Source: Haliotis cracherodii (taxonomy: Eukaryota). Taken from it: a DNA stretch of 64,000 bases. How positions within the stretch are numbered: position 1 is the first letter of the stretch; every line of letters starts with the position of its first letter. Below, piece by piece: positions 49,701 through 60,160 of the stretch. The position numbers and the translations under genes were made by a program. The notes below the pieces were generated by a model that saw nothing but the letters and a program-made list of their open reading frames with translations, did no database searches and was not told the origin of the DNA. Location of the stretch: contig NW_027266319.1 in the NCBI RefSeq assembly GCF_022045235.1, forward strand, positions 34,968,001-35,032,000. Direction: 5' to 3'.

Positions 49701-52700
49701 ACTAGTCATCCCTATCCCTAAACCCGATAAACCAACTAACCAGGCAAATTCTTATAGACCAATATCCCTAACCTCAAACCTATGTAAAGTAATGGAATCT
49801 ATGGCCAAAAATAGACTACAACACTACTTAACTCAAAATAACATCATAAACACAGATCAAAGCGGTTTCACTCCTGGCCGCTCAACCTTAGATAATCTCG
49901 CCCGACTAGAACAGGACATAAAGACGGGACAACTCAACAAACAATACACAACAGGCATCTTTCTGGATTTCTCCAAAGCATTCGACATGGTTTGGCACAA
50001 CGGGCTAATACAAAAACTTAAAAAAATAGGACTAAAAGGACAAATAATAAACTACATTCAGGACTTTCTAAACGAACGTAAAATAACAGTGGGGATAGAC
50101 CATACTCTATCGGACCAGTGTCCCCTAGAAAATGGCACTCCCCAGGGCAGTATCCTCAGCCCCACACTCTTTAATATAATGATAAACGATCTCTTCGAGG
50201 GCCTATCCCCTAAAGTAAACACATCCAAATTCGCGGATGATGGAGCCCTCTGGATCCGCACAAAAAGTATTAATATGGCCCAAAATTTACTCCAAAAATC
50301 TCTTAATAAAATACAACAATGGGCTGACAAATGGGGCTTCTCCCTTAACTCAGAAAAAACAACAGGAATAGTATTCAAACATAAAAACATGAAACCCGCC
50401 TCCCCAATTCTCCAGCTAAACAATCAAACAATCAAATTTCAAAAACAAACCAAATTCTTAGGACTTATCTTCGATCAACATCTCACCTGGGATGCTCACA
50501 TCCAAAACCTAACAACTAAATGCAGTAAAGACCTAAACACCCTAAGATGCCTCACTGGCTCAAACTGGGGAGCCTCCAAAGATACCCTCCTCTCACTCTA
50601 CATATCACTAATTAGATCAAAACTAGACTACGGCTGCGCCATATACAACACCCTAAACAACTCTCTATCTAAAAAACTTGACTCAATACAATATCAGGCT
50701 CTCAAACTAATTACACGCACCCAACATGGCACCTCCTACACTTCACTCCAGGCCTTAACAGGAGAAATGCCACTAAGTCTACGCAGGGAACAGCTAAGCT
50801 TAAATTTCTGGGCCGCATCCCAATCAAACCCTCTCATCCAAAACCTAATAAACCAAAATATCAGCCCCAAAAACCAAGCTCTAGCTCGTAAACACCCCTT
50901 ACTTACCCCAATATCTCAAAGAATAACAAACTACCTAAATGAACACCAAATTAAAAATCTTAAACAAAACTGCAAACAATCAAATATCTTCACCCCTAAA
51001 CTTAAAATACCCCAAATAGACACAACACTAGCTAGCCAAATAAATAAACAAACCGACCCAAACATAGCTAAAACCACCACACTAGCATACATACACGAAA
51101 ATTGGCCAAATTGGTGTCACATTTACACGGACGGATCTTCAGATCCGACCTCCAAACACACAGGTTTCGGAGTCCATACCACACAACCAACTAAAACTAC
51201 ACAATCCTTCCGACTCCCAAACAACCAATCAATATTCACGGCAGAACTAATGGGCATGGCCTCAGCCCTCCATAGTCAAGAATCCAAAAACCACAATAAA
51301 ATCCTAATACTTACCGACTCCCTAAGTGGACTGCAAGCCCTCAAAAACAAAAATACCAAAAACCGACCTAAATTAATAAATCTAATACTTAAAAGCTCCA
51401 ACGACCTAACTAACGCAGGCAAACAAATAACTTTCTTGTGGATACCCGCCCACGTAGGAATATACGGTAATGAAAACGCCGATAAGGCAGCTAAACTATC
51501 CCTCAAAATCCCAGAAATAAGCTTAAACTTACCCATCTCAAAATCAGAAATTAAAAGTGTAAATAAGCAAAAAATCACCAAAAAATGGCATAACCTATAT
51601 CTAAACTCAAATAGCCAAATCAAAAAAGTACTCAGCAAACCACTAACCAAACCAAAAATTCACCATCCATCAAAAAAAATCGACAGAGTAATCACTAAAC
51701 TCCAAACAGGACACACCAACCTAAATAACCACCTAAAAAAAATAAAAAAACATACTACAGGTAACTGCCCACACTGCAAACAACTAGAAACCCCAGAACA
51801 CGCACTCATCTACTGCACACACTACCTAACACATCGAACCGCATTACAAACCACCCTCAATCTAAACCAGGCTCTCACTCTAGAAGCAATACTAAACCCA
51901 CAAAATAAACTAGAAAACTTCAAGGCCTTAGGCGTATTCTTAATCAAAACGGAACTAATAAAACGCATCTAAAAACACTATAATCCACCAAATCAAAATT
52001 ACATAAACACACAAAAATCCACCATACCCAGCTCCCTTAGTTCTCCTCCCCAACCCCATCGGCATCTATTCCAAATCTCAAAATTCCCAAATTATGTATA
52101 AGCAACCCCTAAAGCCCCCTCTTGGGTTGCACACACCACTTTCGCCCCTTTCGGAAACACATTAAATGGCCTGGCCGGGCCCGTGTGCGAAATACGCATC
52201 AGTCGGAAAGCGCACGTTAAATCTACAAAGTAAGTAAGTAAGTAAGAACCTGAAGGCACTTGCGTATCTGATGTCGACGTCATCATCACCATTATGATCC
52301 AGCTATTAATACACGTCATAACCGCAGTTTACGGCTATTTTGTATGTGTCACGTGTGATCTCTGTCTCTTCTCGTACTGACAGAGCGTGTGATATCTGAA
52401 TCCTTTAATTGTACTGACAGTGTGCATGATATCTGAATCCTTTTCTTGTACTGACAGAGTGCGTGATATCTGAATCCTTTTCTTGTACTGACAGAGTGTG
52501 TGATATCTGAATCCTTTTCTTGTACTGACAGAGCGTGTGATATCTGAATTCTTTTTTGTACTGACAGAGTGCGTGATATCTGAATCCTTTTCTTGTACTG
52601 ACAGAGTGCGTGATATCTGAATCCTCTTCTTGTACTGACAGAGTGCGTGATATCTGAATCCTCTTCTTGTACTGACAGAGTGTGTGATATCTGAATCCTT

Positions 52701-55700
52701 TGTTTGTACTGACAGAGTGCGTGATATCTGAATCCTCTTTTGTACTGACAGAGTGTGTGATATCTGATTCCTTTTCTTGTACTGACAGAGTGCACCGATT
52801 TCTGGTTCGGCTTCAAGTGTGACAAGCGGTGTTACTGTTACAACACGTCGGAAGTGTGTCACAAGGTCACAGGTCACTGTCTTTCTGGGTGCGCCCGGGG
52901 AAGGTCAGGAGCCGATTGCCAGATGAGTGCGTGTTTATTTAAACAATGACGTTAATACCACTGCCAGTTGTCTCGCATTGATCACCTACCCTTTCTTCAT
53001 ATCAACGATTAGGCATGCCAGAAATATATGGTCGTCGATTCGAATCCCGGTTTGCACAAATTATGTTTCTAGGTTTGTCAGCACTATGTCAATGCACGTG
53101 TGTTCGACCAAAGTGGCAAATATCTGAGACCTGCTTCTCTTCGGCTTTCCTTCTTCATTAAGCTGACCCAGCTCGATGTTACTGATTTACAATTTAAAGG
53201 GCGTTAAACCGAACTCACTTACTTATGAAATATTCGGAACCGATGGAAATTATAGACATTTAACGTACAATGTCAATTGAACTTATCGGTTTCTAAATGG
53301 TTGTATTTAGTGTTATAGGACACGGTATAAAGACACTATTTGGCCAAATATATATGCATGATTTATGTAATAAGAAAACAAAATTACATATGAAAGTGAC
53401 CCGTGGAGATGCGGGTAGAGAATAGTTCTTCATCAACCCACGGTTGCCGTAAGATGCTACTATGCTTGTCGTAAGAGGCAACTAACGGGATCGGATGGTC
53501 AGACTCGCTGACTTGCTCGCTGATCGCAGCTCAATTGCGTGGATCGATGCTCATGATGTCAATCACTGAATTGTCTGGCCCAGACCTGATTATATACAGA
53601 CTGGCGTCATAAAGCTGAAATATTGCCGAAAGCGGCGTAAAACAACAAACAGATGTGTACTCACGAAAAAGAAATATGCTCTGATCATCCCAATATTTGC
53701 ATGTTTTTGACTGAAACCAAATCCAAGTGTAGCAGCCAGATTAAATTTGATGAAGGGGCTTTTCATGAGGCTTCTGGGCCGCATTTTACTGTTGGAACTG
53801 TGACCCAAGATTAGGCAGGAGCAGTCAGTGGAACAATTGATATGGTCGCGGACGGACTTGCAAGGAGTTCCATCTTCACTTGACATTCGAGCAGAGAGCC
53901 TATTTCACTTATTTAGTCATAGTGTTGTAGTTTCAAATGTGCAAGTCTAACAATCAGTGATATGAACCTGTTCAATAACTACCACAACAATGTTAAGTTT
54001 ATAAGTTGACATTTCAATAAAAAGGCGTCCAAACGCCCAACATGGACCGGACCGTTCATCAAATACATTCTTACTGTACTTACGTCTTACTATATTTCTG
54101 CTTATTCAGTTAATGTCGCACTGGCCAGGAATGCCATACAGAGCAGTACGTTCAAAGGGTTACTATGTGCCAATTCCACGTCTCCTCAGTGTGAGACATC
54201 TGCCAATCACGCAGTGGATGGGGACACAAGGAGTATAAACGGGTCGTGTTCATACACCGACTCTGGTCAACCCTCGTCCTTCTGGAGTGTTGACCTGGAG
54301 AAGACTCGGGACATCCACAGCTTCAGGATCTATAATAATAAAGACCGTACGTGCAGGTTACAGTAAACCAAACGAAGGGGCAGACGGGTCAATCATTGAC
54401 ATAATTATCAGGATGTATACATGTTTCTCTGTTTAATTATTATGAAGTGTAACCGCCTCCGTGGTCTAGTGGTAGAGCGTCCGCCCGGAGAGCGGAAGGT
54501 TGATGGTTCGATATCCGGCCGCGTCATACCAAAAGACGTTAAAAGATGGTACTTGTTTCTACCCTGTCTGGCGCTCGGCATTAAGGGGTTAAAACAAGGA
54601 CTGGTCGGCTCGGAGTCAGTATACTGTGTCTATGTGGGGTATTCATGTTAAACTACGGCATGGTATCCCAGTGAGCTAGCACTATAAATCGGCATCAGTC
54701 CGGACTAGTACAAGCAGCCACACAAACACATACATGTACATGCACGTCGCTATATAAGTGCAATAATCTTGTGTAATTATGTCCGACAGTATATTAAGCA
54801 ATGAAACAAACACAATCAAATCGACCACATTTGTGTCCCTTGGGCACATCAGAAAAGTATGATCGTGGGTTCGAATTCCGGTTCGCGCAGATTATGTTTC
54901 TTGGTTTGTCAGTACCATACCCGTGCTCGTGGGTTTCACCAAAGTGGTAAGACCTGCATCACTTCGGGATTTCCTCCCACGAGATAAGACGCCGTGATAC
55001 AACTGGATTACTGTTTAAAGCGGCGTTAAACTCAACTCAAAACGCTTTAAATGTTTATGATTCATAGCCTTCTGGAATCATGCAATAACCGTTCAATCAT
55101 TTCCTTCGGGCAAAATAGTTTTAAAAATCACAATACGACAGTGATATCCCACAGGTAGTCTACCTGCTATGATATAATGTTATTATGTAAATACCATGTA
55201 ATTTCCAGAGTATATTTCCTAATGTAGACGAAACTGTTGTGTGTTCACATCGTCATGTATATTTAAGACGCAAATGTACTCTTTATTTAGATCTAGACTA
55301 CTTGAGAGGATTCAAAGTGACGGTAGACGGCGCTGCGTGTTACCAGGCCGACACCACAGCAACGCCACCTGCTGTCATTGACTTTAACTGCACTGACGTC
55401 ATTTCCGGTTCTAATGTCACTATTCTTCTCCCATCCGCGTTGCCGGGGCAACGTATACTCAGTTTATGTGAAGTGGAAATTTATGGTAAATCAAAAACAC
55501 ACGCGATTATGATATACATGCTCCTACTAAAATGATTTTTATTGTTGAAGACAATAATCAGATTTTTTAAGGGCACTTAATTCTCATCAATATCATCTTC
55601 CCGAGGTAAGAGTGCCCACTGGCCTATGTAAAAGTCTAGTTTAAATTAGACCCTTTTCTTTCATACCAACTCGCCCGGGAGAAGACTGTCGCATATATCG

Positions 55701-58700
55701 ATAGTCCAGTCATAGAACGTTTTACAAAATCAACATCAAGGGTCCGAAAATGAGGTCGTTCTTATGACAAATATTACGGAGTGTTTTCAATCAACTAGCA
55801 CAGGTACTTTTGTACATCTGTGTGCAAACTTCACCCTTTTTTAACTCGAACGACTCAATCTCATTAAAATCAGATCTTAGTTCTCACCACCGCTAATGAA
55901 AGATCTGAGGACATCCCATTAGGGGTCACGTCAGAACGACCTTTCATCCGCCCAATCAGAGCGTCGCTTACCAGATTATGAAAGTGACAGTCGGAATGTG
56001 ATTTTCAATCTTGCAACCTTGAAAACTTTAACTCGGGGTATTCCGAACGATAGTTACGGGTTTAACGACTGAATCCATACAATCTAGACCATCTAATGGC
56101 CATTCCAGAATGTTCTTTTGTTCAGGTTTCAAATTTTTAATCGAAAATTTGTCAAAATATGTTTCGAAGCGTAGTCGCCAATTTGAAATTAGTGCCGTGA
56201 TGCACGAGAAAGCTGTCTTTTGATTGGCTTATGTCGACTACTTGTCAGTCCGTCAAAAGGTCGGTCAAAGTTCGCGCAAGGTCGGTCTGACGTGACCCGT
56301 AATGGGATGTCCTCAGATCTTTGTTTAGCGGTAGCGAGAACTAAGATCTGGTTTTATTGAAATTGCGAACGACTCAACTTTTATCGCAGTCCCCCCTGTG
56401 ATGCACATCTATTTTTAGAAGACCCCGGCTGAGTGTTTCATGTTACCGGATGTGAAGTGTAACTTGATACTTTGTACTCATGAGCCTCTAGTACTGTAAG
56501 AGTAAAATGCGACAGTAATAAGTATCTTTGCGGTGGCAATCTGTTATTTTGTTTGTCATTCAGGGAGGAACTCTCGAATCTTTTCGTTATGTCTACTATG
56601 AAAGCCATCCCATGAAGATCAGGGTTAGAATAGGTCAACAGCGACCCATGCTTGCCATAAAAGGCGACTGACGGGACCGGGTGGTCAACGTCGCTGACTT
56701 GGTTGATACCAGCCATCGTGTCCCAATTGCGTGGATCCACGCTAATTATATAAGTCCCTGGATAGTCTGACCCAGACTCGATTATTTACAGACCGCCGTC
56801 ATATGGCTCGAATATTGCTGAGTGCAGCTTTACACAACAAACAAAAAAAAACTATGGAAGTCATTTTTTAAAGCCATTCAAAATAAGAAAAGCGTTCTGT
56901 TTGGACATCGCGTTTTCACAAGAAGGGACACGGCTCGTGTTCTACACGGGATGGCGCCACAATCAAACGAACAACAGAAGGCTTGACCTTGCGCGAACTT
57001 TGACCGACCTTTTGAAGGACTGACAAGAAGTCGACATAAGCCAATCAGAAGGCAGCTTTCTCGTGCATTACGGCACTAATTTCAAATTGGCGACTACGCT
57101 TCGAAACATATTTTGACAAATTTTCGATTAAAAATTTGAAACCTGAACAAAAGAACATTCTGGAATGAAAAAAAAGGTGAAAACTAGACTTGGATATAAG
57201 CTAATGGACACTCTTGCCTCGGGAAGATGTATGGTATACCACTGTTATGCATTCTTCACTTGTTGTTTGGTCTGCGAAATACAACACAGCAATAATTCAG
57301 CTATAACAGGGCGGTTAGTGGCGTGACACACGTCTCATGACGACGGAGCATTATGACCCTCAACTACCCAGCTCAAACATTGTAAATACTTGATTCTCAT
57401 CAATCGGCTCTTACTGGAAGTGTGGAAGCTACTCTTACTAGGGGTCCCCTCGTGTATATGTGTATGGACTTGCCAACTGTACATACGTCTGGTCAGCTAT
57501 GTGTCCAAATGTTGTGCTCCTTGCTTTACTTCAGAGTGTGATGACTTCAAGTACGGGCTGGACTGTGAAGCCACCTGTAGCTGTGAGGACGTCACGGAAG
57601 TTTGCAACAAGACCACAGGCTATTGTCGGAGTGGATGTACTCCGGGCTTGAAGGGTCAGAGTTGTACACAAGGTGGGGCGGTGCTAGGTTATGTCAGAGT
57701 GTATACAAGTGGATAGATGATGTGTTTGACTAAATAGGTAGCTGTGGTACGCAGTGGTTAGTTTATAGGTTTGTGACTGAAGAGTCGTACAGGTAGTTTC
57801 TAATTGAAGAGTACATGGGCTGGGTGGTTGTTGAGTTTCTGACCGAAACGCTGTACACAGAGTGGGTGGTAGCTGGGTTTCTGAATGATGAGTTGTACAC
57901 AGAGTGGGTGGTAGCTGGGTTTCTGAATGATGAGTTGTACACGAGGTGGGTGGTAGCTGGGTTTCTGAATGATGAGTTGTACACGGGGTGGGTGGTAGCT
58001 GGGTTTCTGAATGACGAGTTGTACACGGGGTGGGTGGTAGCTGGGTTTCTGAAAGATGAGTTGTACACGGGGTGGGTGGTAGCTGGGTTTCTGAATGATG
58101 AGTTGTACACGGGGTGTGTGGTAGCTGGGTTTCTGAATGATGAGTTGTACACGGGGTGGGTGGTAGCTGGGTTTCTGAATGATGAGTTGTACACGGGGTG
58201 GGTGGTAGCTGGGTTTCTGAATGATGAGTTGTACACGGGGTGGGTGGTAGCTGGGTTTCTGAATGATGAGTTGTACACGGGGTGTGTGGTAGCTGGGTTT
58301 CTGAATGATGAGTTGTACACGGGGTGGGTGGTAGCTGGGTTTCTGAATGATGAGTTGTACACGGGGTGGGTGGTAGCTGGGTTTCTGAATGATGAGTTGT
58401 ACACGGGGTGGGTGGTAGCTGGGTTTCTGAATGATGAGCTTTACACAAGGTGGATGGTGGCTGGGTTTCTGAATGATTGGTTGTTGAGTTTCTGATCGAA
58501 ACGCTGTACAGAGAGTGGGTGGTAGCTGGGTTTCTGACTGAAGCGTTGTACACAGGGTGGGTGGTTGCTAGGTTTCTTACTGATGAATTGTACACGGGGT
58601 GGGTGGTTGCTGACTTTCTGAATGACGAGTTGAAAACACGGGTATGTCAGTTCTTAAATGTGTACAGTAAACTGCAAAACACCTTGTCTAACACGAACAC

Positions 58701-59584
58701 TTACGGAATGATATATAGATGTACAATCTGCTACACCACATGCATGAATACATCGGAGTTATGTCCCTTGTTTCAGGTTGTCTAGGGGGCCACTATGGTG
58801 TGAACTGTTCCGGCGTGTGTGGTCACTGTGCCTATGGATCTGTCTGCCACACGGTAACAGGGAAATGTCCGGACGGTCTATGTGAAGGGTGGTGGACTGG
58901 TGACCGTTGTCATGGTAACTTCCAGTTTCCAAGATAGTATAATACCAAAACACGCTAAAATGCTAAAATGAATACCGTAAAGTTTGTTTGTTTGTTTAAC
59001 ACCGTAAAGTAAAGATACGTACAGTACGTAAAGTAAAGATACGTAAAGATACACCCTCCCGAAAAAACCTCAACAAATACATTTGTATGTAACGCAACTG
59101 TTGAGATGGCCCCCTTGTTATGAAATCCTTGGTTGAGGGCGCGGTTGGCCCTTAGCTATGTCAGAAACCTATGATCATGGGTTCGAATCCTAGATTCGTC
59201 CTGGTAATGTTTCCAAATGTCTCTGTGCCATTAATGTGCTCCAGGGATTCACGAGAGTAGTAAACCTTTCCTCCCACATCAAACTGAGAGCCGTGATAAT
59301 ACTGAAAAAAATTTTAAAATGGTATTAAATTCACTCACATTATCCATAGCTAGTTAATGTACTTAGACCGGCAAGGCGGGTAACTGAAGGATGTTGTCTG
59401 TACAGATTGTCGGAAGGGTACCTACCCCCGGGGTGAACGGTGTGAGCCCTGTCTTGCTTGTGAGAACGACGACTGTGACATCACCGGGACGTGCCTGAGG
59501 GGATGTCGTGCTGGATACAGCGGGGAATTGTGTAACGAAAGTGAGTTGACATGGCAGACACTCTCCTTGTGGCTTGACACTTAG
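46695..59584 (+). CDS. Gene 2: signal peptide-FTP-EGF-FTP-EGF-EGF-EGF; exons 46695-46770, 47851-48111, 48338-48538, 52789-52926, 54110-54346, 55291-55485, 57535-57672, 58777-58914, 59406-59540(-59584)
   Basis: All junctions phase 1 AG/GT, no internal stops; 3' end uncertain (donor at 59541 or read-through to TAG 59582-59584); assembly gap in intron 3. Confidence 0.85.
47605..47872 (+). repeat. Tandem copies (~6) of the acceptor and start of the gene 2 FTP exon
   Basis: AACACA(T/C)CTCACACTGTTGTTCCAG|GTAAC(ATTGCCCTTGGTCGAC) repeated. Confidence 0.9.
47851..48538 (+). CDS. Gene 2 F-type lectin domain 1 (exons 47851-48111, 48338-48538)
   Basis: GNIALGRPTEQTG...AVDGD...CTHT...WSVNFG...LDLCEVQVY. 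Confidence 0.9.
48554..48687. other. Assembly gap (Ns)
   Basis: Run of n. Confidence 1.
49067..52245 (+). mobile_element. 5'-truncated non-LTR retrotransposon, I group (I/Nimb-like), in gene 2 intron
   Basis: TSD GAACCTGAAGG at 49056-49066 and 52246-52256; (TAAG)n tail; RT + RNase H ORF. Confidence 0.92.
49078..51972 (+). CDS. LINE ORF2 remnant: reverse transcriptase, RNase H, CCHC knuckle (endonuclease missing)
   Basis: Open from 49078 (PWWNEE linker) through YRPISLTS, GTPQGSILSP, FADD, IYTDGS, WIPAHVGIYGNENAD, CPHC...EHALIYC. Confidence 0.92.
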   Translation, partial: TNNVGKPSVPWWNEEIEQTRRKRKTAFNRAKRDHNHITVAHELNHKVQKLVKIAKTKDWKLFCEGVNNRTDARTVWRKIHAIRGLKRHKKTPNINNSTNPTEKANNLANHFSAISSNNNFSEKFQQKLKAEAKPTKVPNNDNLEINQPYSMEELQYVLQNRKKGTAPGLDLTSYQIIKKLPPNLLQALLKLYNLIYQNGQVPTPWKQALVIPIPKPDKPTNQANSYRPISLTSNLCKVMESMAKNRLQHYLTQNNIINTDQSGFTPGRSTLDNLARLEQDIKTGQLNKQYTTGIFLDFSKAFDMVWHNGLIQKLKKIGLKGQIINYIQDFLNERKITVGIDHTLSDQCPLENGTPQGSILSPTLFNIMINDLFEGLSPKVNTSKFADDGALWIRTKSINMAQNLLQKSLNKIQQWADKWGFSLNSEKTTGIVFKHKNMKPASPILQLNNQTIKFQKQTKFLGLIFDQHLTWDAHIQNLTTKCSKDLNTLRCLTGSNWGASKDTLLSLYISLIRSKLDYGCAIYNTLNNSLSKKLDSIQYQALKLITRTQHGTSYTSLQALTGEMPLSLRREQLSLNFWAASQSNPLIQNLINQNISPKNQALARKHPLLTPISQRITNYLNEHQIKNLKQNCKQSNIFTPKLKIPQIDTTLASQINKQTDPNIAKTTTLAYIHENWPNWCHIYTDGSSDPTSKHTGFGVHTTQPTKTTQSFRLPNNQSIFTAELMGMASALHSQESKNHNKILILTDSLSGLQALKNKNTKNRPKLINLILKSSNDLTNAGKQITFLWIPAHVGIYGNENADKAAKLSLKIPEISLNLPISKSEIKSVNKQKITKKWHNLYLNSNSQIKKVLSKPLTKPKIHHPSKKIDRVITKLQTGHTNLNNHLKKIKKHTTGNCPHCKQLETPEHALIYCTHYLTHRTALQTTLNLNQALTLEAILNPQNKLENFKALGVFLIKTELIKRI
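52360..52793 (+). repeat. 37-bp minisatellite (~12 units) made of the EGF exon acceptor + first exon bases
   Basis: GTGATATCTGAATCCTTTTCTTGTACTGACAG|AGTGC; last unit supplies the real acceptor at 52788. Confidence 0.95.
52789..52926 (+). CDS. Gene 2 EGF exon 1
   Basis: ECTDFWFGFKCDKRCYCYNTSEVCHKVTGHCLSGCARGRSGADCQM; 138 nt. Confidence 0.9.
   Translation, partial: SAPISGSASSVTSGVTVTTRRKCVTRSQVTVFLGAPGEGQEPIAR
53010..53222 (+). mobile_element. SINE family A, truncated/diverged
   Basis: TTCGAATCCCGG...ATTATGTTTCTAGGTTTGTCAGCAC...GGCGTTAAACCGAACTCAC. Confidence 0.7.
53398..53650 (+). mobile_element. SINE family C
   Basis: GACCCGTG...ATGCTTGTCGTAAGAGGCAACTAACGGGATCGG...GCGGCGTAAAACAAC. Confidence 0.8.
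54110..55485 (+). CDS. Gene 2 F-type lectin domain 2 (exons 54110-54346, 55291-55485)
   Basis: NVALARNAIQSST...AVDGD...CSYT...FWSVDL...LRGFKV...LSLCEVEIY. Confidence 0.9.
54452..54772 (+). mobile_element. tRNA-derived SINE, family D
   Basis: TGGTCTAGTGG A box, GGTTCGATATCC B box, body shared with 44950-45212. Confidence 0.8.
54832..55040 (+). mobile_element. SINE family A, 5'-truncated
   Basis: GGGTTCGAATTCCGG...GCGGCGTTAAACTCAACTC. Confidence 0.75.
55856..56365. mobile_element. Nested MITE with ~90-bp TIRs and 9-bp TSD
   Basis: CGAACGACT at 55847-55855 and 56366-56374; arms CAATCTCATTAAAATCAGATCTTAGTTCTC... / ...GAGAACTAAGATCTGGTTTTATTGAAATTG. Confidence 0.85.
56607..56850 (+). mobile_element. 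SINE family C (nested in TIR element)
   Basis: CCCATGAAGATCAGGGTTAGAATAGG...AATATTGCTGAGTGC...ACAACAAAC. Confidence 0.8.
57535..57672 (+). CDS. Gene 2 EGF exon 2
   Basis: ECDDFKYGLDCEATCSCEDVTEVCNKTTGYCRSGCTPGLKGQSCTQ; 138 nt. Confidence 0.9.
57812..58642. repeat. 42-bp minisatellite, ~19 units
   Basis: GTACACGGGGTGGGTGGTAGCTGGGTTTCTGAATGATGAGTT repeated. Confidence 0.95.
58777..58914 (+). CDS. Gene 2 EGF exon 3
   Basis: GCLGGHYGVNCSGVCGHCAYGSVCHTVTGKCPDGLCEGWWTGDRCH; 138 nt. Confidence 0.9.
59136..59340 (+). mobile_element. SINE family A, diverged
   Basis: CAGAAACCTATGATCATGGGTTCGAATCC...GCCGTGATAATACTG...CACTCAC. Confidence 0.65.
59406..59540 (+). CDS. Gene 2 EGF exon 4
   Basis: DCRKGTYPRGERCEPCLACENDDCDITGTCLRGCRAGYSGELCNE; 135 nt, gtgagt. 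Confidence 0.85.
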
Positions 59585-59761
59585 GGAAGGTATCATACGT
59601 GTTCCTTCTGACTGTTAATAAACATATTTGTGTAAATTATGACTTATAAAGATCAGTAAATTAACATTCATCTTTCTCAATAGAACCCTCAGCTTGTTTT
59701 GGTGGTTGTGAAAATTTGCAAGCAATAACAGTATTGCTATGCAGCATCTCCCAACTATCTC

Positions 59762-59794
<33 letters not shown>

Positions 59795-59795
59795 A

Positions 59796-59837
<42 letters not shown>
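59762..59837. repeat. (GTA)n microsatellite
   Basis: Direct reading. Confidence 0.98.
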
Positions 59838-59957
59838 AATTGGTAGTGGTGCTGGTCTTGAACTGTCTTGTTCCGCCTAATGTTTTTCAAACTCACCAGC
59901 CATAGTTGTCTCCCTTACCATAGCATCGACAACAAGTCTCCTTTGCATATCGTTCAT

Positions 59958-60160
59958 TGTTTGTTTGTTTGTTTCTTAACGCCGCACTCTCCAGTATTCC
60001 AGCTGTATGATAGCCGTAAATAATTGAGTCTGGGACAGACAATTCAGTTATTGTCATCACGAGCATCGTAATACGCGATTGGGATACGATGACATGCATC
60101 AACCAAGTCAGCGAGCCTTACCGCCCGATCCCGTTAGATCAATTCGAATCCGGATCTTCG
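59958..60160 (-). mobile_element. SINE family C, internally deleted
   Basis: (TGTT)n then TTAACGCCGCACTC...CAACCAAGTCAGCGAGCC. Confidence 0.8.

Larger units (their letters stand above)
55594..57229. mobile_element. Outer non-autonomous TIR element, 3-bp TSD
   Basis: TAT|CATCTTCCCGAGGTAAGAGTG ... CACTCTTGCCTCGGGAAGATG|TAT. Confidence 0.75.

Noticed and set aside
49528-51972. Domesticated RT gene or retron/DGR-like diversifier of the lectin genes
   Set aside because: TSD, 5' truncation and simple-repeat tail identify an ordinary LINE copy; no template/variable repeat pair with adenine-specific differences seen
57684-58595. 213-303-aa repeat ORFs on both strands
   Set aside because: 42-bp minisatellite with unit length divisible by three; intronic
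59615-59896. Poly-Tyr ORF
   Set aside because: (GTA)n microsatellite
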